This document shows, piece by piece, positions 7,537 through 16,419 of a DNA stretch of 37,592 nucleotides; position 1 is the stretch's first letter; the number at the start of each line of letters is the position of its first letter. Origin of the DNA: Candidatus Iainarchaeum sp. (GTDB lineage Archaea; Iainarchaeota; Iainarchaeia; Iainarchaeales; GCA-2688035); contig JAFCCL010000011.1 of NCBI GenBank assembly GCA_017610205.1, positions 1 to 37,592 on the forward strand, in the 5' to 3' direction. Made by a program: the position numbers and the translations under genes. The notes under the pieces were generated by a model. The model was not told the origin of the DNA, made no database searches, and saw nothing but the letters and a program-made list of their open reading frames with translations.

Positions 7537-7668
7537 ATGAACGAGAAGAAATTCAAAACTAATTCGGAAAAAGTTTCCTCAATTTCAAAAAGGCCATTCA
7601 AGGGTCATGTCTACAATGTGACAACAGAAACAGGAAACCTTTTTGTTGAAGATATTTTGGTTCACAAT
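7537..7668 (+). other. Split intein C-fragment (IntC, 44 aa)
   Basis: Block [17 protein letters not shown] and block G ILVHN, followed by Ser+1 (SGGLGTP). Confidence 0.93.
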
Positions 7669-8967
7669 TCAGGCGGCTTGGGTACTCCTGCTCATTTAAG
7701 GGTGGAACCAGGAATGATTCACAAAAGCAGTGGCGGGGTTCTTTTTCTTGATGAGATTGCTACCTTAAGTCCAAAGGCACAGCAGGAGCTTTTGACTGCA
7801 ATGCAGGAAAAAAAGTATAGTATAACCGGGCAAAGCGAGCTTTCAAGCGGTGCAATGACCAGAACAGATCCTGTGCCATGCGATTTTGTTTTGGTTGCTT
7901 CTGGAAATTATGCAGATCTTGCAAAAGTGCATCCTGCTTTAAGAAGCAGAATCAGGGGCTATGGTTATGAAATTTATATGAATGTTGACATGCCTGACAA
8001 TGAGGAAAACAGGAAAAAGCTTGTGCAGTTTGTTGCACAGGAAGTTAAAAAGGATGGAAAAATTCCTGCTTTTAGCTTAAGTGCGGTTGATGAAATAATT
8101 TTTGAGGCCAGAAGGCGTGCTGACAGAAAGAACAGGCTTACTTTAAAATTGAGGGACCTTGGCGGTCTGATTAGGGCTTCTGGAGATATTGCAAAAGAAA
8201 AAGGCCATTCTGTTGTAATGCCTGAAGATGTTGTTCAGGCAAAGTTTAGTGCAAAAACTCTTGAACAGCAGATGGTTGACAAGTCTCTTGAATTGAAAAA
8301 AGAGTATGATGTTTACCTTACAAAGGGTGCTGTTGTTGGCAGGGTTAATGGTCTGGCTGTAAGCAGTGACGGTTCGGCAGGAATGATTTTGCCTATTGAA
8401 GCTGAAATGGCTCCTGCTGCAAGCAGAAGCGAGGGCAGAATTATTGCAACAGGAAAGCTTGGAGAGATTGCAAAAGAAGCAGTTCAGAATGTAAGTGCGC
8501 TGATTAAAAAGGTCAGCGGTAAGGATGTCAGCAGGCATGATTTGCATATTCAGTTTTTGCAGACCTATGAGGGTGTGGAAGGAGACAGTGCAAGTGTAAG
8601 TGTTGCCACTGCTGTAATAAGTGCGGCTGAAGGAATTCCAATAAAACAAAGTCTTGCAATGACTGGTTCGCTTTCAGTAAGGGGCGAGGTTTTGCCAATT
8701 GGAGGAGTTTCAAGCAAGATTCATGCTGCAATCAGAGCAGGATTTAAGGAAGTTATTATTCCAAAGTCAAACATGGCTGATATTGTTTTAACAAAAGAGG
8801 AGCTGAAAAAAATAAAGGTCCTTCCTGTTTTAAGTCTGAATGAGGTTTTAGAAAATGCTTTTGTTGACGGCAACAAAACAACAAAGCTTCTTTCATCCTT
8901 AAAGAAACTGCTTCTTTTTTTACCAAAAACCAGTACAAAAACTGTTGCAAAAAAAAGCGTTTCCTGA
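7537..8967 (+). CDS. lonB: IntC fused to LonB protease C-terminal half
   Basis: After VHN: SGGLGTPAH, Walker [19 protein letters not shown], catalytic Ser in VEGDSAS, AMTGSL, and PIGGVSSK with the catalytic Lys. Confidence 0.96.
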   Translation: MNEKKFKTNSEKVSSISKRPFKGHVYNVTTETGNLFVEDILVHNSGGLGTPAHLRVEPGMIHKSSGGVLFLDEIATLSPKAQQELLTAMQEKKYSITGQSELSSGAMTRTDPVPCDFVLVASGNYADLAKVHPALRSRIRGYGYEIYMNVDMPDNEENRKKLVQFVAQEVKKDGKIPAFSLSAVDEIIFEARRRADRKNRLTLKLRDLGGLIRASGDIAKEKGHSVVMPEDVVQAKFSAKTLEQQMVDKSLELKKEYDVYLTKGAVVGRVNGLAVSSDGSAGMILPIEAEMAPAASRSEGRIIATGKLGEIAKEAVQNVSALIKKVSGKDVSRHDLHIQFLQTYEGVEGDSASVSVATAVISAAEGIPIKQSLAMTGSLSVRGEVLPIGGVSSKIHAAIRAGFKEVIIPKSNMADIVLTKEELKKIKVLPVLSLNEVLENAFVDGNKTTKLLSSLKKLLLFLPKTSTKTVAKKSVS

Positions 8968-10200
8968 TTATGCGCTTGCAACTATTTTTCCTTTTTTGAA
9001 GAAAAACTTTTTCTTGGTTAATTCAATGCTTTTGTTTGTTTCGCTTTTGACATAGGTTATGCTTTTCTTTTTCTTGTCAACTGCTTCAACTCTTCCAATC
9101 CATGTTCCGTTCATGTTGTAAATTGGCAGGCCTATCAAAAGCTTTGTTACTTTTTCTCTTATATCCAGAACTTCACTTAGTCTAAATGAAATTAGTAATA
9201 CAACAAAGCTTCCGAGTATTGTTAAAAGGAAAAAGTTTAGGTCAACTTCCCTTAGAAGTACAAGTGTTGCTGTATCAAGAATCCACCAGAATAGGATAAT
9301 GCTTATTCCTGTTAACATGTATTTTCTCAAAAGGAATGCTTTTTTGAGGTGGACGACATCAACGCATCTGCCAACAACAACGCTTAATGCTGCAAGTGCA
9401 ACGAATAAGTAGGTTGCCTGTATTATTCTTGCCGAGTCAAGTAATGGGTCTGAAAACTGCATTGTCAGATAAAGGTTGTATGCTGTAATTACCCCAAATG
9501 CTGCAATGAAAATACTTCCAACATAAAAAGGAAAGCTGCTTCTTTGAACTGAAACTCCGTCAGTTGCGCTTCTTAATATGTGAATTAATGGCTCTTCTAT
9601 GCCAAAGCCTTTCATCAAAAGGTAAATTCCAAAAATAAGTGCAATTATTTGAAATGACATTGTTCCAAGTGCAACGTAAAGCAATAGCAATATTGCCGGA
9701 ATTCCAAAAACAATTCTTGCAATGTAAGGGTCTTTCATTGCCTCCTTTACTGTAAAAAATGCTGATTCTATTTGCTGAGCTTGTTTTATGATTACAATTT
9801 CTTTTGAAACAACTTTTGCCCTGCTTTGCAGTATTGGAACTATTTGGTCGTCTTCCGCCCCGTCTGTTACCAGTACAAATCCTTCTGCCTTAAATTTTGA
9901 AAGCACTATATCAAGTTGCCTATTGAGTTCTTTGTCTGATTGAAATCCTGCTTTGCTGTGGCCTGTAATTGTTGCAACCTGTGCATTTTTCACATCTTTT
10001 TTGACTTCATCAAATTTTTTTACTGCAGCAAAAATGCTGTTTGCATCGGATTCTGTTGGATCTGCAAGCGCAAGCTTTGAAGCAGCCTCCAAATTCTTTT
10101 CCCTTCCTATCACAGGCCCTTTTACCCCTGCTTTTTTTCCAAGGTCATTATCCCTATCAGCACAAATTACAAGTAAATTATCCATTTCTTCCCAACTCAT
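8968..10200 (-). CDS. DUF373-family membrane protein with a C-terminal PRC-barrel-like segment
   Basis: LVICADRDNDLGKKAG, DPTESDAN and VTDGAEDD motifs, multiple TM helices, and LIGLPIYNMNGTWIGRV. Confidence 0.85.
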   Translation of the reverse strand: MSWEEMDNLLVICADRDNDLGKKAGVKGPVIGREKNLEAASKLALADPTESDANSIFAAVKKFDEVKKDVKNAQVATITGHSKAGFQSDKELNRQLDIVLSKFKAEGFVLVTDGAEDDQIVPILQSRAKVVSKEIVIIKQAQQIESAFFTVKEAMKDPYIARIVFGIPAILLLLYVALGTMSFQIIALIFGIYLLMKGFGIEEPLIHILRSATDGVSVQRSSFPFYVGSIFIAAFGVITAYNLYLTMQFSDPLLDSARIIQATYLFVALAALSVVVGRCVDVVHLKKAFLLRKYMLTGISIILFWWILDTATLVLLREVDLNFFLLTILGSFVVLLISFRLSEVLDIREKVTKLLIGLPIYNMNGTWIGRVEAVDKKKKSITYVKSETNKSIELTKKKFFFKKGKIVASA

Positions 10201-10275
10201 TAATAGTTAAGGTTATATATAAATGATTCACTAAAATATATTTAAACAGTGCCATTATAGTATTTTGGTGATAAT

Positions 10276-11247
10276 GTGAAGGGACAAAGCACAAAGTATA
10301 TTATTTTCATTCTGCTGCTGTTTTTCCTATTCAGCCTTGCAGCAATTGCTTTTTCCAATGTTGATGTTTTGGCAGCAAATCTGGTCTGGGTAGTTCTAAT
10401 TGCCTTGTTTCTTTTGATTGTGTGGAAAGGAGACCTTATTCTAATGCTTGAAGAATACCAGCGTGCTGTAATAATGAGGTTTGGAAAAGTAAGAAGGGTT
10501 GGCGGTCCTGGATGGTGCATTGTTTTGCCGTTTATTGAAAAGTCAACAATTGTTGATTTGAGAACGCAGACAATTGATGTTCCAAAACAGGAGATTATCA
10601 CAAAAAACAAAATTGAGCTTGGAATCGATGCCGTTATTTACCTTAGTGTTGGAAAGGAAAAGGAATCAGTAATAAAAAGCATTATTGAGATTGAAGATTA
10701 CAGGACTGCTGTAAAGCTTTACGTTATTTCTGCTTTAAGGGATGTGCTTGGAAGCATGAGCCTTGATGATGTCATAAGCAATATTGAGGTAATAAACCAA
10801 CAGCTCAAAGACGGCTTGAAAAAAATAACCATTGACTGGGGAATTGTTATTGAAAATGTTGAAATAAAGGACGTTGACATTCCAAAGGTTGTTTTGGATG
10901 CAATGCACAAGGAGAAGGCCGCTGAGCAGGAAAAGCTTGCAAGAATGGAGCGGGCAATGGCACACGAGTATGAGATTGAAACAGTGAAAAGGGCAGCCGA
11001 GCATTTGAGTGACAGGGCAATGGCATACTATTACATTAGGGCGCTTGAAAAATTGGGTGAGGGCAAAAGCACAAAATTCATGTTTCCCATGGAAATTACA
11101 AAGCTTGCTGAAAGCATTGGAAAAGGCGTGCAATCAGGCCAAGGCCTTGAAAAACTGTTTGAAAAATATGCCCCTGCTGTTACAGCTGTCCTAAACCAGA
11201 ATGAGAAAAAGCAAATTGCAAAAAAGGCTAAAAAGAAAAAAAAGTGA
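10276..11247 (+). CDS. SPFH/band 7 (stomatin-like) membrane protein
   Basis: EYQRAVIMRFGK..GPG, VDLRTQTIDVPKQEIIT, LRDVLGSMSLDD and WGIVIENVEIKD. Confidence 0.92.
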   Translation: MKGQSTKYIIFILLLFFLFSLAAIAFSNVDVLAANLVWVVLIALFLLIVWKGDLILMLEEYQRAVIMRFGKVRRVGGPGWCIVLPFIEKSTIVDLRTQTIDVPKQEIITKNKIELGIDAVIYLSVGKEKESVIKSIIEIEDYRTAVKLYVISALRDVLGSMSLDDVISNIEVINQQLKDGLKKITIDWGIVIENVEIKDVDIPKVVLDAMHKEKAAEQEKLARMERAMAHEYEIETVKRAAEHLSDRAMAYYYIRALEKLGEGKSTKFMFPMEITKLAESIGKGVQSGQGLEKLFEKYAPAVTAVLNQNEKKQIAKKAKKKKK

Positions 11248-11296
11248 TTCCTTTTTTTTCCCTGTCATTGCAAAAGAAAATCAAAATCTATTCATT

Positions 11297-12202
11297 TCAT
11301 GCCATTGCTGCTGCAATCACATAGGCTTCAATTAATCCACCAATTGCAAGCAGCCCCAATGCGTATAAAACCATTACAATCACGTCTTTTACAATAAGTC
11401 CCATTTCTCCTTTGAGGTGTTTTTTCTTGCTTATTGCAACCCCGATTATTCCCCCTGCAATTGCACCAACAAAATATCCCAGTGCTTCAAACATTCCGTG
11501 TGGCACCAGACCCAATGCTCTGTTTGCTGCTATTCCAAGTGCGGCAACTCCGCCATGGCTTGCTGCATACTGAACTACATCTTTTCCAATAAGTACTCCA
11601 AGTACAGATGCATTCCATCCAAGAAGAAAAACAGCTCCTGCACCATATGCAAGGGAAGTAAAAAGCATTAATGCAAGGATAAAAATGTTGTTTGCAAAAA
11701 TTATTTCAAACCAGCAAAAAGGGTTTGAACCGCATGTTTTTGCAGAAACTGAAAAGGCACCTACTGGATTTTCTCCGCTTGAAATTGAAAAGGCACCTGA
11801 AAGGTTTGTCCTTAAGCCACTTATCTGTCCAAGGGTAAATTCCTGTTCGGCAAACATTACTTCTCTTACATCAGGTGTTACAACACTGTACCAGAAAGCA
11901 TATGCAAGAATCATTCCTATAAAAAAGAAAGCGTAAACTTTTACTATGCTAAAATGTCTTGTGAGGAACAATGCTGCAAACCCGGGTCTTTCAGCTTCTT
12001 TTTCTTCCTCTGATTTAAACATTGAATGAAAAAGTGGAACAAGTGCAATTGTAACAAATGCTATTGCAAGAATTGAAGAGCTTTTTGGAAACATCATGTA
12101 TGCTACCCAAAGCGAAACAGAACAAATTAATACTGATGCTGCAAGCATGAAAAAAGGGTGCTGTAATGCTTCCCTTGTGCTTAAAACTGATTCAAGTACC
12201 AT
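11297..12202 (-). CDS. Stage II sporulation protein M (DUF95) family membrane protein
   Basis: IFANN, WNASVLG, PHGMFE and GLIEA motifs in a polytopic membrane protein. Confidence 0.85.
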   Translation of the reverse strand: MVLESVLSTREALQHPFFMLAASVLICSVSLWVAYMMFPKSSSILAIAFVTIALVPLFHSMFKSEEEKEAERPGFAALFLTRHFSIVKVYAFFFIGMILAYAFWYSVVTPDVREVMFAEQEFTLGQISGLRTNLSGAFSISSGENPVGAFSVSAKTCGSNPFCWFEIIFANNIFILALMLFTSLAYGAGAVFLLGWNASVLGVLIGKDVVQYAASHGGVAALGIAANRALGLVPHGMFEALGYFVGAIAGGIIGVAISKKKHLKGEMGLIVKDVIVMVLYALGLLAIGGLIEAYVIAAAMA

Positions 12203-12298
12203 CCCAACACCATGATTTAAATACCTTATTGTTAAGAGAATATATTGCAGGGTAATAATAAGATTACTGTTTTCTGCTTATTTTTAGGGTTTTTTTGC

Positions 12299-12868
12299 AT
12301 GGACAAGAAATTAAAGAAAAAGGTTGCTTTACCAGGGCAGCTTATTAGCACTGAAGAGGAATTTATGCCTGGAAAGAACACTTTTGAGGACAATGGAGAA
12401 ATTTTTAGCGGCAGTACAGGTCTTATTGAAGAAGATTTTAAAACCAAGGAAATTTCTGTAAAGCCCGCTTCAGAACCAGTCAAACTAAGACCTGGAAGTA
12501 TTATTTTTGGAAAAGTCGATGTTGTAAAAGACAACTCTGTTTTAATAGAAATGCGAAACGTTTACGGTATGGACAAAAAGGTAATCGCTCCAAGTTTTGC
12601 TGTCATTCCTGTAAGAAATGTAAGCCGTGATTATGTTGAAAGACTGCATGATTTTTTTAAGGTTGGAGACATTGTAAAGGCCGGGGTTTCAAAAATTTTA
12701 CCAGGAAACAACATTGACCTTGAAACAAACAGCCCGGAGCTTGGTGTTGTAAAGGCATTCTGCAGCAGATGCAGAAAGCCATTGCATCTTTTTGGCTCAA
12801 GTTTAAAATGTTTAAGTTGTGGAAATACTGAGGGAAGAAAAATTTCAAAGAATTATTTGCTTAACTGA
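12299..12868 (+). CDS. csl4: Exosome complex RNA-binding protein Csl4
   Basis: VALPGQLISTEEEFMPG, S1 domain FKVGDIVKA, and LGVVKAFCSRC...CLSC..EGRKIS Zn ribbon. Likely start is the ATG at 12299. Confidence 0.93.
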   Translation: MDKKLKKKVALPGQLISTEEEFMPGKNTFEDNGEIFSGSTGLIEEDFKTKEISVKPASEPVKLRPGSIIFGKVDVVKDNSVLIEMRNVYGMDKKVIAPSFAVIPVRNVSRDYVERLHDFFKVGDIVKAGVSKILPGNNIDLETNSPELGVVKAFCSRCRKPLHLFGSSLKCLSCGNTEGRKISKNYLLN

Positions 12869-12919
12869 TTTTTGTTAAATGCAATTTTTAGAAAAGCAAT
12901 TTTATGAAAGGTGATTTTT

Positions 12920-13192
12920 ATGGATATTGTAGTAAAAAAAAGTTCAGCAAACGAGCTTCATTTCATAATGAAGGGTGAAAGGCATACTTTTTCAAACCTT
13001 TTAAGGGAAACGCTTTTGCAGGATTCAAGCGTTGCCTTTGCAGCATACAATTTGCAGCACCCTCTTGGATCTGAATGCGAGTTTGTGGTAAAAACAAAGG
13101 GCAAAACCGCAAAAAAGGCTTTGGCTGATGCATCAAAGCAGGTTGAAAAAAAACTTGCTGAGTTTGAAAAAGCTTTTAAATCTGCAAAGTAA
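12920..13192 (+). CDS. rpoL: RNA polymerase subunit L (Rpo11)
   Basis: GERHTFSNLL and FAAYNLQHPL; directly follows csl4. Confidence 0.95.
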   Translation: MDIVVKKSSANELHFIMKGERHTFSNLLRETLLQDSSVAFAAYNLQHPLGSECEFVVKTKGKTAKKALADASKQVEKKLAEFEKAFKSAK

Positions 13193-13202
13193 TGTGGGTT
13201 GT

Positions 13203-13763
13203 ATGAAAGAGCTTTTGCGTGTTATTGCAATAGATGACGGCAGTTTCAAGCCAAGGCAAAAAGGCAAAGCCATTCTTGTTGCAGTGCTATCCAGATTTGA
13301 CAACAGGGTTGAAGGAATTCTTTCCACCAAAGTTGAGGTTGACGGTCTTGATTCAACAAAAAAAATAATTGAAATGATTAAAAAAAGCAAATTCAACCAG
13401 CAGGCAAATTTTCTAATTCTTGACGGAGTAAATTTTGCAGGCTTTAACATTGTTGACCTGCCATTGCTTTCCAAAAAGCTTGGCATTCCTGCAATAGCAA
13501 TCGCAAGAAAAAACCCAAACTTTGACAAAATAGAAAAAGCCCTAAGCAACTTCAGGGACAAAAAGAAAAGAACTGCATTGATTGAAAAAGCAGGCCCTGT
13601 TTACAAAGCTAAAAATGTCTTCTTTCAAGTATCCGGAGCAGACCAAAAAACAATTAAAGCAGTTCTAACTAAAACAACTAGGTACGGAAATCTTCCGGAG
13701 CCGCTGAGGCTGGCGCACTTGATTGCGTCAGGAATTTCAAGAGGGCAAAGTACCAGACCCTAG
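13203..13763 (+). CDS. DUF99-family protein (endonuclease V-like fold)
   Basis: RVIAIDDG, VDGLDST, LDGVNFAGFNIVD and PEPLRLAHLIA. Confidence 0.9.
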   Translation: MKELLRVIAIDDGSFKPRQKGKAILVAVLSRFDNRVEGILSTKVEVDGLDSTKKIIEMIKKSKFNQQANFLILDGVNFAGFNIVDLPLLSKKLGIPAIAIARKNPNFDKIEKALSNFRDKKKRTALIEKAGPVYKAKNVFFQVSGADQKTIKAVLTKTTRYGNLPEPLRLAHLIASGISRGQSTRP

Positions 13764-13821
13764 AAAAAAGATTTCAAAGAAGTTAAATTGGAAAAATTGA
13801 ATCGGGAAAAATGGTGAAAAA

Positions 13822-14583
13822 ATGGGTTGGAAAAAATTCAGGGAAAAATTGAAGTGGATTGACCCATTTACCTATGTTGATCTTTACATAATGCCAAAAG
13901 TAAATCCCGAAGACAGCGAGGCAATAAGCTGGGTTGTTTACCTTGCAAGTGCGTTTCTTTTTGCCTGGCTGATTTACACTGGCCTTGGCCTTGCTTTTGG
14001 AACAGAAAGCCCTATGATGATTGTTGTAAGTGCTTCAATGGAGCCACTGTACCACAGGGGCGACGTCATTCTTTTGCATGGTGCAACAGCTGAATCAATC
14101 AACAGTCCTGAAGTGGTTCTTGACATTCCTTCACTTAAAGAAAAAGAACTTTACTCTTTTGCAGAACCAGTATACTCGGATTCACTTCCAAAGCATATTG
14201 AGGCAATAAGTTTTAATCAGGGGAAAAATCTTCCAATTACTCAGAAGGGAGACATAGTGGTTTACTGGAGTGAGCGCATGAACGAGCCGGTTGTTCACAG
14301 AACAGTTGCCAAATTGCGTGCGGATGATGGCTGGTATCTTTTAACAAAAGGCGATTCAATTCACAACACCACAATTGACCAGGATTGCGGTTTTATAATA
14401 AACGGGCAATCCCAAAAACCCTGTATAGAATTTTATCCTCTTCCAATTGAAAAACTCCAAGGCAAAGCCTTCTTTCAGGTTCCGCTCCTCGGATGCGTAA
14501 AACTATGGCTTTTGGACGACCTTGGGAGCCTAATAGCCACAGGCAAGCTTCCAAACGAATTCAGGGAAGGGAATGTATGCTAA
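13822..14583 (+). CDS. Signal peptidase I (archaeal Sec11-type)
   Basis: VVSASMEP (catalytic Ser), GDIVVY, VVHR (His) and TKGD. Confidence 0.88.
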   Translation: MGWKKFREKLKWIDPFTYVDLYIMPKVNPEDSEAISWVVYLASAFLFAWLIYTGLGLAFGTESPMMIVVSASMEPLYHRGDVILLHGATAESINSPEVVLDIPSLKEKELYSFAEPVYSDSLPKHIEAISFNQGKNLPITQKGDIVVYWSERMNEPVVHRTVAKLRADDGWYLLTKGDSIHNTTIDQDCGFIINGQSQKPCIEFYPLPIEKLQGKAFFQVPLLGCVKLWLLDDLGSLIATGKLPNEFREGNVC

Positions 14584-14618
14584 ATCTTTTTATATAACTC
14601 CTGTAGCAATTATCATAT

Positions 14619-15497
14619 ATGGCTGAATCAGCAGAAATTGAGATGATGCAAAGGTATGCCAGTGGCGCATCCCACGACATTGCCAAGTATGCCAATGGTC
14701 CTTTTTGGTTGGATATTTTCACTGGGCGCTTATTTCTTGACAGCGCCTCAATAAAAAACAAGAATTTCTTTAAGGCAAAAAATGCCTTCTTTGTTGTTCA
14801 GAATAATCTCTCCTTTATCATGCTCCAAGTGGCCAGCCATAAGAGTCTAACTTCAAAGAGATTTAAGGAAGCAGCGGCAAAAATTATGCAAAACACCCCC
14901 ATAATGGAGAAAAATGTTTCCCTTTTTCTTAAAAGCAAGGAATGTCCAAAAGAGGCAGCCAGACAAATTGCAGGTTATCTTCTGTCCTTTAGTTTGGTTA
15001 AGCCACTTGCATCTACTTTAGGTCAATCAAAGCTTGTTTTAAAGAAAAAAATGTTTAGGGTAAAGCCCTTGATTCAACAGCTTCAAAACCATGTCAACCT
15101 TTTTAAGCCGGAGTACAGGCCAAAGGTTTCATTCACAGTTCAGGGAAACCCAAGCGTTTACGCTGACCCCTTGCACTTTCGGAGAGCTGTTTTTAACATC
15201 TTTCACGATGCAATAACCCATAGTTCAGGTGAACTAATACAAGTCAATGTTAGAGAAACTAGGAGTAATGTAGTTTTTAGTGCAACAAATGTTGGCAGGA
15301 AAATTGCAACAAAGACTGTTAAGAAAATTGGAAAGAAACCCTACACAATTGCAACAGAGGGTTTGTTGCATGGCTTTGGAAAAGTTGTTTCTGCAGACAT
15401 TGCAAAGGCCCATGGTGGAAGTTTCAGGCCAAGAAATTCCAGTCAGGGTTTTAGGATTTCTCTTTCAATTCCAAGAAGGAAAAGAAGGCCAGCTTGA
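14619..15497 (+). CDS. Histidine-kinase-like (HATPase_c) protein with degenerate ATP-binding boxes
   Basis: H-box-like SHDI near the N-terminus; VYADPLHFRRAVFNIFHDAITH, ATNVG, HGFGKVVSADIAKAHGGSF and GFRISLSIP. Confidence 0.75.
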   Translation: MAESAEIEMMQRYASGASHDIAKYANGPFWLDIFTGRLFLDSASIKNKNFFKAKNAFFVVQNNLSFIMLQVASHKSLTSKRFKEAAAKIMQNTPIMEKNVSLFLKSKECPKEAARQIAGYLLSFSLVKPLASTLGQSKLVLKKKMFRVKPLIQQLQNHVNLFKPEYRPKVSFTVQGNPSVYADPLHFRRAVFNIFHDAITHSSGELIQVNVRETRSNVVFSATNVGRKIATKTVKKIGKKPYTIATEGLLHGFGKVVSADIAKAHGGSFRPRNSSQGFRISLSIPRRKRRPA

Positions 15498-15551
15498 ACA
15501 GAATACCATTTTAAACTTAATTGACCAAAACTTTGTTAGGTGTTGGAGAAA

Positions 15552-16295
15552 ATGAAACTTGTTTTAGAAAAAGCAGCAGATTTTCAGAAGAGCATTGATG
15601 CAATTGCCGTGCTGATTGACGAAGCCGAATTTATTTTGGACGAAAGTGGGCTTGCATTAAAGGCAACTGACCCAAGCCAGATTTCAATGGTTGACTTTTT
15701 TCTTGAAAAGGCAGCCTTTAAGGAATTTGACGTAAAGGAAAAGGCAAAAATTGGTCTTGATTTGGATTACTTAAGGCAAATTATGTCAAGGGCAAAAGCC
15801 GACGACGAGCTTACAATAGAACTTGACGCCGAACAAAACAAGCTAAATGTAAAATTCAAGGGCACCAGTACAAGAAAGTTTAACCTGCCACTTATTGACA
15901 TTTCCTCCGCTGAATTGCCAAATCCAAAAATTGAGTTTGATGCAGAGGTAAAGCTTGTTGCAAGTGTTTTGCAGGATGCCTTAAAGGACGCCTCTCTTAT
16001 AAGCTCTCATGTTTCTGTTGGAATTATGGCGGATAAGTTTGTTGTAAAGGCTGACAGCAGCAAAGGAAATTTGGACAGCGTTACAGAAAAGGACAAAAAG
16101 CATTTGATTGAGCTTAATGCAAAAAAGGATGCCATGAGCATGTTTCCACTTGATTACTTGCAGGATATGATGAAGGCTGCCCAGTCAGCAACTGTTGTGC
16201 AGGTAAATCTCAAGGCAAACGCGCCAATTGAAATCAGTTACGAAATTGGCAAATCCAAAATAAAGTATTTCCTTGCTCCAAGAATTGAATCATAA
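15552..16295 (+). CDS. pcn: DNA polymerase sliding clamp PCNA (paralog 1)
   Basis: LIDEAEF, LKATDPSQISMVD, FPLDYL and C-terminal YFLAPRIE. Confidence 0.96.
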   Translation: MKLVLEKAADFQKSIDAIAVLIDEAEFILDESGLALKATDPSQISMVDFFLEKAAFKEFDVKEKAKIGLDLDYLRQIMSRAKADDELTIELDAEQNKLNVKFKGTSTRKFNLPLIDISSAELPNPKIEFDAEVKLVASVLQDALKDASLISSHVSVGIMADKFVVKADSSKGNLDSVTEKDKKHLIELNAKKDAMSMFPLDYLQDMMKAAQSATVVQVNLKANAPIEISYEIGKSKIKYFLAPRIES

Positions 16296-16419
16296 TTCTT
16301 GACACTGAATAAAACCAATATCTTCGCCGTTTGACGAATAATGTTTCGTTTTCTGGCAATCCTTTTTATTTAGTTTGTTTTTTTATTCTTCTAGATATTT
16401 TTTTATGGTGGGTTATTTG

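Noticed and set aside
2189-8967. lonB as a dead gene disrupted by an insertion
   Set aside because: Both halves are uninterrupted, keep all catalytic motifs and splice residues, and the C-half has its own start and TATA box. Not formally excluded without experiment.
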